A stretch of 43,652 nt of DNA. It comes from a virus. Positions 15,721 through 23,313 of the stretch are shown in pieces. Position numbers and translations under genes: made by a program. Where the stretch lies: UHGV virus genome UHGV-0122704. One strand, written 5' to 3'. The notes below the pieces were generated by a model, which saw nothing but the letters and a program-made list of their open reading frames with translations, searched no databases and was not told where the DNA came from. The first letter of the stretch is position 1; every line of letters starts with the position of its first letter.

Positions 15721-16509
15721 ATGACTACGAATGTATTGGCATCCCTGAACGCTCTGGTAGACGCAGCAATCGGAACCCAAGATGTAGATATGCGGGAAAC
15801 CGCACAGGGCGGCGCATATGAGGACGTGCTGCTGCCGAAGGGTGAATACTACGGCTACTTCACCGAGTACGTAGAAATCGGTAAGCGCCTGCCGACTAAG
15901 GGTGGCAAGCCGACCGGTAAGCCCGCAGTAGCTAACGTACGCATCGGCATTGTAGTGTTCGGTCCTAACGGCGAAGTGAAGCGTATCCGCCCGTTCCCGA
16001 TGGCTATCAGTAACTTTGAGCGCGCAGGCTTCAAGAAGTTCTTCGACAAGCTCAACTACGACAATAGCATTAAGCATGCAGCACAGCGTCTGGGCCAGGC
16101 CTTCACCTTCCCGATTGATGAGCACACCAGCGCCGCGGGCAAGAAGTCCAACATCGTGGACCTGTCCGGTATCCGCCCGATTCCGAAATTCGACCCGAAC
16201 ACTGGCGAGCCTATCAAGATGCCTGCCATGGATGCCTCTGAGATTAAGCTGTTCCTGTGGAACAACCCAACCAAAGAGACCTGGGATAGCCTGCACATCG
16301 AAGGCACCTTCGACGATGGTAAGAGCAAGAACTGGATTCAGGAGGATATGTACAAGGCTGTAGACTTCCCTGGCAGTGCTCTGGATATTCTGCTGAACGC
16401 TGGCTCGGTTCCTAGTCCGGCAGCTATGCAGGCACCCGCAGCCCCGGCTGCACCAGTGGCCCCTGCAGCCCCTGTGGCGCCAGCAGCACCCGCCGCACCT
16501 CAAGCCTAA
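15721..16509 (+). CDS. Hypothetical protein with Pro/Ala-rich C-terminal repeat; host-like codon bias (possibly an abundant DNA-binding protein)
   Basis: RBS GAGGA; C-terminus APAAPAAPVAPAAPVAPAAPAAPQA; codon usage resembles the capsid gene. Confidence 0.7.
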   Translation: MTTNVLASLNALVDAAIGTQDVDMRETAQGGAYEDVLLPKGEYYGYFTEYVEIGKRLPTKGGKPTGKPAVANVRIGIVVFGPNGEVKRIRPFPMAISNFERAGFKKFFDKLNYDNSIKHAAQRLGQAFTFPIDEHTSAAGKKSNIVDLSGIRPIPKFDPNTGEPIKMPAMDASEIKLFLWNNPTKETWDSLHIEGTFDDGKSKNWIQEDMYKAVDFPGSALDILLNAGSVPSPAAMQAPAAPAAPVAPAAPVAPAAPAAPQA

Positions 16510-16532
16510 TCAACCCTAACCTAAACTAATAC

Positions 16533-16549
16533 GGCCCCTCCTAGGGGCC
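16533..16549 (+). promoter_or_regulatory. GC-rich hairpin (GGCCCCT / AGGGGCC, 3-nt loop) with no T-tract
   Basis: Perfect 7-bp stem in the intergenic gap after gene 15721..16509; could be a processing or pause site. Confidence 0.35.
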
Positions 16550-16562
16550 TTAGAGGAAGCCT

Positions 16563-16817
16563 ATGAACATCATCAAGATTCTCATCAAACTCCTGAGCGC
16601 AGCCTACACAGCAGAAGCTAAACGCGCCGATGCCAAAGCGCAGTTTAACGAGCAGTTGTCAGTTAAATTCGCAGACGACGCAGTGCGTCTGGCCGCTCAA
16701 TCCGAGGCGCGCGTAGAGGCATCCAAGCATAGCAAAGAGTTAGCCGAGGCGTGCGCTTGCCATGCTGATAACCTGCGCGCTAAGCGTGATGAAGTAGCTA
16801 ACTTCCTGGAGGTATAA
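16563..16817 (+). CDS. Hypothetical protein (84 aa)
   Basis: ATG 16563 preceded by AGAGGAAG. Confidence 0.55.
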   Translation: MNIIKILIKLLSAAYTAEAKRADAKAQFNEQLSVKFADDAVRLAAQSEARVEASKHSKELAEACACHADNLRAKRDEVANFLEV

Positions 16818-17096
16818 ATGCGCATAATCACATGGGCCAAAGAACAGTACGCTGTGTTTCTGCTTCTGCGTGCACAGCGTTTGCAGAAGCGAGCAAATGA
16901 CTGGCACCGGGCAGCTAATTCTCACGCACACAGGGCAAGCCTTCTGGGTGCCGAGATTAGCGCACACCGCTATCACTTGACTCGCCAGTGCGCCAAGTCC
17001 CGACGCCGTGCATACGCCCTGGGTGCAGAGGCTACGGCCACTGAGACCAAAGCCCACAATTTCATTTCAAAACACAAATTGAAAGGATTTGACTAA
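16818..17096 (+). CDS. Hypothetical protein (92 aa), basic
   Basis: ATG 16818 preceded by GGAGG. Confidence 0.55.
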   Translation: MRIITWAKEQYAVFLLLRAQRLQKRANDWHRAANSHAHRASLLGAEISAHRYHLTRQCAKSRRRAYALGAEATATETKAHNFISKHKLKGFD

Positions 17097-17470
17097 TGGA
17101 CAAAGTACTAGACGCATACAAGAAACTGGTTCTGGCTGTAGGTTACGTGAACTGTAGCGCCGTTCAAGGTTTCGACAATGGTGACCAGCTCGGCGCTGTG
17201 TACGATGCTCTGGACAAGCTGGCGGCCCTGTACGGCATGGACCTGGAGTTGGCTGCTACCGCCTTCAAGGAGCACAATGACCTGGCGGCACATGCCGATA
17301 AGTTACGGGGTGATGACCTAGTGCTTATCCGCATTGTGGGTACCCTAAGCATCGGGCTGGCGGAGATTGGTTCCTGCATCTACGACGTAGACCAGAGCCT
17401 GCGTACCACGGAAGTAATCGGGGACATGCTTGGCACCGTGTTGGTGCTATCTGAACTGGAGGGTATATAA
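17096..17470 (+). CDS. Hypothetical protein (124 aa), acidic
   Basis: ATG 17096 preceded by AAAGGA. Confidence 0.55.
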   Translation: MDKVLDAYKKLVLAVGYVNCSAVQGFDNGDQLGAVYDALDKLAALYGMDLELAATAFKEHNDLAAHADKLRGDDLVLIRIVGTLSIGLAEIGSCIYDVDQSLRTTEVIGDMLGTVLVLSELEGI

Positions 17471-17631
17471 TGCGTAAATTTATATCCTACATAATTTCAG
17501 TCCCAGCACTGGTACTACTTGCAATCAGCTTGATGCTAATGGCGCTGGCGCTCAGTGTAGCCGGAGGCTCTAAGGGCGTGGCTATGCTGGGCCGTGCAAT
17601 CCATGCTTTTACTGACCACTTAAAGGTGTAG
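17470..17631 (+). CDS. Small membrane protein (53 aa, one TM helix)
   Basis: MRKFISYIISVPALVLLAISLMLMALALSVAGG...; start overlaps the upstream stop. Confidence 0.45.
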   Translation: MRKFISYIISVPALVLLAISLMLMALALSVAGGSKGVAMLGRAIHAFTDHLKV

Positions 17632-17634
17632 AGA

Positions 17635-17796
17635 ATGCGTAACTTCTTTGCAAAATCATTTTACTTCCTGTTAGTAGCCCCGCTAGTGCCTGTAGCTATC
17701 CTGTGCTGGGCATTTGAGAAGGTAGAAAACAGTCAGGCGCCGACCGCCTGGGAATCCTGGGCGCGTAAGTTGACCAAGAAGGTTACGGGGGTCTGA
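17635..17796 (+). CDS. Small membrane protein (53 aa, one TM helix)
   Basis: MRNFFAKSFYFLLVAPLVPVAILCWAF...; same length and M-R-(K/N)-F start as the preceding ORF; stop overlaps the exonuclease start. Confidence 0.45.
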   Translation: MRNFFAKSFYFLLVAPLVPVAILCWAFEKVENSQAPTAWESWARKLTKKVTGV

Positions 17797-18764
17797 TGAT
17801 TATCAACGGGGTTGACTTGTCCCAGCTCGGGGAGCAGTTAGCTCCGCAGAACTCTGGGAAGATTCTGCTGTACGACGCGGATTTCACAGTTTATAAATCT
17901 GCTGCTACAGTGAAACGTTTGGATACCGCGATACGCCGCTTCTATCAGCTGGTGCTTGAGGACATGTTCCTGGTCGGCTGCTCAGAAGCAGTGGCGTATC
18001 TGACGCCTACGGGGTGTGCTAAGTGCCTGCGCTGGCACCTGCCTACGGCTAAGCCGTACCAAGGGAACCGCAATAAGCGTCAGGAGCTGCCACTCAAGGC
18101 ACCGTTGAAGCGGCACCTGATTGAGAACCCGGACCAGTATTCTGAGCATGGCATACAAGTGGTAAGCAGTGACTACTTCGAGGCGGATGACCTGTTCATA
18201 ATGGATTCGTACAGCTTCGGGGACCGTGGAATCCTGATGTCTCAGGACAAGGACTCCTGGCTCAGCCCTATGGCCCGGTTCGATATCCCAACCGGAACCG
18301 TATGGCCTGCCTTGGATAACCCCTTCGGATGGATTAAGTGGGATGATACCCAGGCTATGCCGGTACGAGCGCATGGCACTAAGTTCTTCTGGTGGCAGAT
18401 GCTAGCAGGAGATGACGCAGATAACGTCAAAGGCATCACATTGCTTGATGGGAAGCTCTGTGGGAAGCGAACGGCCTTTGATGCTATCTACCCTATTACC
18501 TCAGAGCAGGACGCCGCAGAATTCGTTGTAGCGGCTTACGCTCGAAACAACCAAGATGTACTCGCAGAGGCAGAATGCCTGTTCCTGCGGCGCTCCCCGT
18601 CAGATTCAGCGTACCTGTATCTGATGTCACTGTTGACTACTCCCAGTCTGCGTGACTGGGTGCATTCGCTGCACGAGTACCATAAACAGCATATACAGTG
18701 GATACAGGAGCACCCAGACAATGGCGAAGATGTCTGCGAAGGAAATGAGCCTGCGGGCGATTGA
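17796..18764 (+). CDS. 5'-3' exonuclease (T7 gp6-like, FEN family)
   Basis: ILLYDADFTVYKSAA, SQDKDSWL and GDDADNVKGI parallel T7 gp6 acidic-cluster motifs. Confidence 0.85.
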   Translation: MIINGVDLSQLGEQLAPQNSGKILLYDADFTVYKSAATVKRLDTAIRRFYQLVLEDMFLVGCSEAVAYLTPTGCAKCLRWHLPTAKPYQGNRNKRQELPLKAPLKRHLIENPDQYSEHGIQVVSSDYFEADDLFIMDSYSFGDRGILMSQDKDSWLSPMARFDIPTGTVWPALDNPFGWIKWDDTQAMPVRAHGTKFFWWQMLAGDDADNVKGITLLDGKLCGKRTAFDAIYPITSEQDAAEFVVAAYARNNQDVLAEAECLFLRRSPSDSAYLYLMSLLTTPSLRDWVHSLHEYHKQHIQWIQEHPDNGEDVCEGNEPAGD

Positions 18765-18921
18765 GTTATACTACGAGGGGAAACATGATGAACTTGAAAC
18801 TATTCTGGTTGCGCTGCGTGAACGAGCACCCAAAACACATCGAAGAACGGTTGAGCATTTGGATTCTCTCATTCACGACAATGCTCTGCTGGATGTAGTG
18901 GGGGAGATTGAACTATGTTAG
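18721..18921 (+). CDS. Hypothetical protein (start uncertain: ATG 18721, 18730 or 18745)
   Basis: ORF overlapping the 3' end of the exonuclease gene; ATG 18745 has the best RBS (AAGGA). Confidence 0.4.
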   Translation: MAKMSAKEMSLRAIELYYEGKHDELETILVALRERAPKTHRRTVEHLDSLIHDNALLDVVGEIELC

Positions 18922-19094
18922 AAATGGGTAGAGAATATACTTTTGAGGATACACAAGACGTGTATATATTGGAACCCGCCCCACAGCAAGGGGTTCAGGT
19001 TAGGTGCACTAACACCGGAGAGGTGATGTCTCCGGCACTGACCGTAGCTCACATACGCTCCGCGCATTTATGGTGGGGGTTCATATACGTATGA
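18915..19094 (+). CDS. Hypothetical protein (59 aa)
   Basis: Its stop overlaps the endonuclease VII start in ATGA. Confidence 0.4.
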   Translation: MLEMGREYTFEDTQDVYILEPAPQQGVQVRCTNTGEVMSPALTVAHIRSAHLWWGFIYV

Positions 19095-19513
19095 GTCTGC
19101 GGAAGATTACACGGGCACAGATTCGCTCCGTGGCAATTAAGCTTGCCAAAGACCAGGGAGGTATCTGCCTCCTTTGTGGCAAACCTTTGGACTTCACAAT
19201 CAAGGGGGTAACTGGTGATTCTGTTGTCGTTGACCACGATCATATTACTGGGCGTATTCGGGGTGCTCTTCATCGCTCGTGCAATGGAGGGGAAGGCAAA
19301 GTGGCATCTGCCGCTGGGCGCTGGATTGTTGGTAGCATGCAATCTTCTGGGGCTATTGCTGAATCTCTACGTAGGGTCGCCGATTACTTAGACCGCGAAC
19401 CTACGGATATGCTATACTATACGCACAAGACGCCGGAAGAATTGGCGCAGGCACAGAAGCTCAAGGCCCGCAAGGCCCGGGCACGACGTAAAGCACGGGA
19501 GACTATTAAATGA
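19091..19513 (+). CDS. DNA endonuclease VII-like (Holliday-junction resolving)
   Basis: CLLCGKPLDF...VVVDHDHITGRIRGALHRSCN matches the T4 endonuclease VII zinc/HNH-like core. Confidence 0.8.
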   Translation: MSLRKITRAQIRSVAIKLAKDQGGICLLCGKPLDFTIKGVTGDSVVVDHDHITGRIRGALHRSCNGGEGKVASAAGRWIVGSMQSSGAIAESLRRVADYLDREPTDMLYYTHKTPEELAQAQKLKARKARARRKARETIK

Positions 19514-19965
19514 GTAATATTAAAGTTGGTGATGTGGTAGTTCGTAAAGCTACGCACGTGTCGGGTGACTGGTCTCGAATCTGCGAGTCTCTTCATATCT
19601 CCCCATACGCCTCCAGGGGGGTGCTTGAGGTTAGTGGCACCACAATTACACTAAGCGGAGACCTAGCTGGCGGTTGGCGCGCGGACTACTTCCATGTAGT
19701 GGGGGAAGTCCCCATAACCAGCACACAAGCGCCCGACGCAGTGAACTCACCCAAGCACTACCAGTTCTTCCCGGACCTGGAGGCAATTGAGGTGATTGCA
19801 CGCAGTATGACGAAAGAGCAGTTCTACGGATACTGCCTGGGGAACCGGCTCAAGTACAGACTGCGCGCCGGGAACAAGGATAAGCTGGAACAAGACATTG
19901 CCAAGTCCGACAAGTACTCAGAACTATACGAGCAACACAGAGGTAAGTGCATTGACGCCAAGTGA
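19510..19965 (+). CDS. Hypothetical protein with DUF3310-like C-terminal motif
   Basis: NSPKHYQFFPDLEAIEVIARSMTKEQFYGYCLGNRLKYRLRAGNKD resembles a widespread phage domain of unknown function, as far as I recall it. Confidence 0.55.
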   Translation: MSNIKVGDVVVRKATHVSGDWSRICESLHISPYASRGVLEVSGTTITLSGDLAGGWRADYFHVVGEVPITSTQAPDAVNSPKHYQFFPDLEAIEVIARSMTKEQFYGYCLGNRLKYRLRAGNKDKLEQDIAKSDKYSELYEQHRGKCIDAK

Positions 19966-20106
19966 GTGGTGCCACGGGATGTGGCAGAAAGCAGTAGAGC
20001 GGGGAGACGAACGCGCCGCTAAAGACTACCTGGAGATGTACAATCTCTGGGTAAGTCGCAATCAGTAGTTAGAAGTACCGGACATAACCAAGGAGACTAA
20101 GCGCCT

Positions 20107-22575
20107 ATGATTAGCGCCCTGAATACGGTTGTAGTACCAGAGGAAGCACTGGTGAAACGCCAGCTGGAGCTTGAAGAGACCTATAAGATTCGCGGAATCG
20201 AGCGGGCACGTAAGCTGATTACGGACGCATTGCAGAACGGTGGGATTATGAACCTGCCGATGACGCAGCGTATGCTCACCTCGGCATATGAGGTGGCCGC
20301 CGCCGCTATCGATGAGATGCGAAATGTAAAAGCCCCGGGCATTGGCGGTAAGTACCGCCGGTTCCTGCGCTTAGTCCCCTTGGATGTCCTGACCACCCTG
20401 AGCCTATGCACAATGTTTGAGGCATTTAGCGTAGCTCCTGGCGAGTCCGCTAGCCGCCGCCAGACTGCACAGGCGGTAATGTCCGCGCTGGGCCGGAACG
20501 TACAATCGGAACTGCTGGCCCTGCAGTTACGCAACGTGGCTCCGGCGTACATGGACCGTGTGTACGAGTACCTTACGGAGCGTAAGACCAAGTCTCCCAC
20601 GCACATCCTGCGTACGCTGCGGGCCAGTGCTGAGAACGTGCACTATGGGCACGAGCCATGGACCAACTCCCAGAATATCTCAGTAGGTCGGCTGCTATGT
20701 GCCGCGGTGTTTGAGACTGGCCTGTTCCAATGGAAGAACTGTAGTGGGAACCTGAGCATGCTCTACCCGGCTGACGATGTTATGGAGGCCTTCCAGAAAC
20801 TGGTAGAGTCCGCTGATACCGTAACCATGAAGCCGCCTATGCTGGTGCCACCGGTACAGCACACCACTATGTGGGATGGCGGGTACCTTACCCCCATCGA
20901 CAATCGCGGGACCTATCACAACTCGCACATCGACCGCGCGCGACTCCGTGAAGTAGCAGAAGCATTCAAGTCCGCGGACGGCATCAAAAAGGCGCTTAAT
21001 AAGGCGCAGGAAACCCCATACCGTATTAATAAGCGCATACTGGAACTGGTGCAAGAAGCACGGGCCCTGGGTATTGGGGTGGGCATGCCCCGCTCAGTAC
21101 CAGAGCCTAAACCGGAGTGGTACTTGGATGGAGTACCAAAAGAGAACTACACCGAAGAAGAACTGGACCGCTTCGGTGAGTGGAAGACGCGCATGTCCCT
21201 ATGGTACAGCGCAGACCGTAAGCGTGTGTCACAACTACGCAGCCTGTTGACCACGCTGGAAATGGCGGAGGAATTCAAAGATGAGAAAGCCCTGTACTTC
21301 CCGACTTGTGTGGACTGGCGCTACCGCCTGTACTTCAAGTCCTCGCTGCATCCCCAAGGTTCTGATTTGCAGAAAGCCCTTCTTGAATTCGGACGTGGCA
21401 AGCCTCTGGGAGAGCGCGGACTTTTCTGGCTTAAAGTGCACGTCGCCACTTGCTTTGGTTATGACAAAACCCTATTCGAAGACCGTGCAGCTTGGGTTGA
21501 TGCGAACTATGCAGAGATTGAGAGGCTCGCGGATTCTCCTCTTGATGCCCCTGCTTTTTCCTCTGCGGATAGCCCCTGGTGCCTGCTGGCCGCCGCTATC
21601 GACTTGGTTAATGCGGTTCGTTCTGGATGCCCAGAAGAGCATATTAGCCGAATCCCAGTTGCTATGGACGCTACAAACTCAGGTGGACAGCATCTCTCAG
21701 CGCTCCTGAGAGACCCTGTGGGCGGACGCTTGACGAACCTGTACTGGGAGGGTAATGATAAGAAAGCGGACCTGTACATGGACGTGAAGCGCCGTACGGA
21801 CGAGAAGGTGATACTGGACCTGGACAAGGAGGATTTCGTTATCCAGAGCACGTACTGGAGAGAGAACGAAATCACCCGCAGCATGACCAAGCGCCCTAGT
21901 ATGACCTACTTCTACAGCGCCACTGTGCGCAGCTGCAGCGACTACATCTTCGAAGGCGCTTGCGCTGAGGGGTACGAGGGTACTGAGACTAACAGTCTGT
22001 GGAACTTGTCATGCTACCTGGCTCCGCGTATGCGCACTGCTATCGAGGAGGCAAACCCAGCCGCAGCCGCAGTTATGGGGTACTTGCAGAACCTCGCTAG
22101 GCGTGTACCGGCAAGCCAGCATCTGCAGTGGTATACGCCGCTGGGTGGGCTCGTAATGAACCGCTACACGCAGCGTGAAGAAGTGCGCGTACGTATTGAC
22201 TGCATGAACCTATCAGCGGTACTGGTACACAACCGGGACTTCAAAACTTGCAACAAGCGCAAGGCAGCCTCCGGGATTGCCCCGAACTTTGTGCATAGCC
22301 TGGACAGTACGCACTTGATGATGGTGCTCTGCGCTGCGGAGGGTCTGGATATTGTGCCTATTCACGACTCGCTGGCTACTCACGCAGCTGACGTTGACGC
22401 TATGCATAGGCACATCCGTGAGCAGTTTGTGCGCCTGTATGAAGAGAATGACCTGCTTGGCGACATTACTCGCGCAGCAGCAGCAGCCGGGGCAGACTTG
22501 ACGGACCTGGACATGCCGGAAGTGGGCACTTTGGACATCCGGCAAGTGCTAGAATCCCCGTTCTTCTTCTGCTAA
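20107..22575 (+). CDS. Single-subunit DNA-dependent RNA polymerase (T7-like)
   Basis: Motif A VAMDATNSGGQHLSALLRD, motif B RSMTKRPSMTYFYSAT and motif C IHDSLATH correspond to the T7 RNAP catalytic motifs; RBS AAGGAGA. Confidence 0.95.
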   Translation: MISALNTVVVPEEALVKRQLELEETYKIRGIERARKLITDALQNGGIMNLPMTQRMLTSAYEVAAAAIDEMRNVKAPGIGGKYRRFLRLVPLDVLTTLSLCTMFEAFSVAPGESASRRQTAQAVMSALGRNVQSELLALQLRNVAPAYMDRVYEYLTERKTKSPTHILRTLRASAENVHYGHEPWTNSQNISVGRLLCAAVFETGLFQWKNCSGNLSMLYPADDVMEAFQKLVESADTVTMKPPMLVPPVQHTTMWDGGYLTPIDNRGTYHNSHIDRARLREVAEAFKSADGIKKALNKAQETPYRINKRILELVQEARALGIGVGMPRSVPEPKPEWYLDGVPKENYTEEELDRFGEWKTRMSLWYSADRKRVSQLRSLLTTLEMAEEFKDEKALYFPTCVDWRYRLYFKSSLHPQGSDLQKALLEFGRGKPLGERGLFWLKVHVATCFGYDKTLFEDRAAWVDANYAEIERLADSPLDAPAFSSADSPWCLLAAAIDLVNAVRSGCPEEHISRIPVAMDATNSGGQHLSALLRDPVGGRLTNLYWEGNDKKADLYMDVKRRTDEKVILDLDKEDFVIQSTYWRENEITRSMTKRPSMTYFYSATVRSCSDYIFEGACAEGYEGTETNSLWNLSCYLAPRMRTAIEEANPAAAAVMGYLQNLARRVPASQHLQWYTPLGGLVMNRYTQREEVRVRIDCMNLSAVLVHNRDFKTCNKRKAASGIAPNFVHSLDSTHLMMVLCAAEGLDIVPIHDSLATHAADVDAMHRHIREQFVRLYEENDLLGDITRAAAAAGADLTDLDMPEVGTLDIRQVLESPFFFC

Positions 22576-22581
22576 AAAATT

Positions 22582-22600
22582 TAATGTTACAGGAGTAGGA
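22582..22600 (+). promoter_or_regulatory. Copy B of conserved 19-bp motif TAATGTTACAGGAGTAGGA, abutting the start codon of gene 22601
   Basis: Exact 19-mer shared with 34490..34508 and 17-mer shared with 1859..1875. Sits between RNAP and the first late gene; its AGGAG doubles as the RBS. Confidence 0.6.
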
Positions 22601-23041
22601 ATGAAGTTAAAACACACTAGTAAAACTTCCGACTACACTCTCAGAGTTCTGTATAAGTCTGACGACATTACGGACGCAGTGAAGCAACTGCATGAACTGG
22701 GCCACGGCATTAGTCGGGGCCTGGCTCCAGAGCAGCACTACTGGAGGGTGCTGGGAAGTATACTGGGTAAACAGTATATACTAGGGGTCTATGACTCCCA
22801 AGGCGACTTAGTCGGTGCTGTCAGCTACTACCCAGAGGCTGTAGAGGACTGTCATTACGTAGAGCCTGTGCTGTATACAGACTTCTTCGTATTGAAACCG
22901 GACAACGGCGCGGCAGTGTCTGTGATTATGCAAGGCCTGCGCGCAATAGCCAAATGCATGCGCGCTGGGCGTATAGCCATTAGCCGGAGTACATCGGATA
23001 ACACGTACAAGACAACTTATCATTTAGTGAGGTCAGAATGA
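22601..23041 (+). CDS. Hypothetical protein (146 aa)
   Basis: First ORF after RNAP, immediately downstream of motif copy B. Confidence 0.6.
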   Translation: MKLKHTSKTSDYTLRVLYKSDDITDAVKQLHELGHGISRGLAPEQHYWRVLGSILGKQYILGVYDSQGDLVGAVSYYPEAVEDCHYVEPVLYTDFFVLKPDNGAAVSVIMQGLRAIAKCMRAGRIAISRSTSDNTYKTTYHLVRSE

Positions 23042-23304
23042 GTGGTGGTAATTTAGGTAAGCTGTTAGGTAAGGCCACGGACATGCTCGGCCTTACTGAC
23101 AACGCAGGATTAGAGGCGCAGCAGCGCTTGGCAGAGCAGCAGGCCAGTGCAGCTAAACAACAGGCTGCCTTAGAGGCTAATAGCGCCGCAGATAACATTG
23201 CTGAGATTGACCCCGCAGGGGCTGCCTCTGAATCTGCAGATGCAATTACGTCTGAGCAGAAGAAACGGCGACAAGCAGGGCAGAGCAATCCTCTGGGCCT
23301 GTAA
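23038..23304 (+). CDS. Hypothetical protein (88 aa), Ala/Gln-rich; possible virion-associated protein
   Basis: ATGA overlap with the upstream gene; lies just before the portal gene. Confidence 0.5.
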   Translation: MSGGNLGKLLGKATDMLGLTDNAGLEAQQRLAEQQASAAKQQAALEANSAADNIAEIDPAGAASESADAITSEQKKRRQAGQSNPLGL

Positions 23305-23313
23305 GGGGGTAGC

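Noticed and set aside
15580-16503. Long minus-strand ORF (307 aa)
   Set aside because: Antisense to the codon-optimised + strand gene 15721..16509; no RBS; Arg/Cys/Gly-rich translation typical of a GC-rich antisense frame. All recognisable genes are on the + strand.
16533-16549. GC hairpin as a rho-independent terminator
   Set aside because: Perfect 7-bp stem but no downstream T-tract; kept only as a possible processing or pause hairpin.
19979-20068. 29-aa ORF between the DUF3310-like gene and RNAP
   Set aside because: Very short with a weak RBS; cannot be separated from chance.
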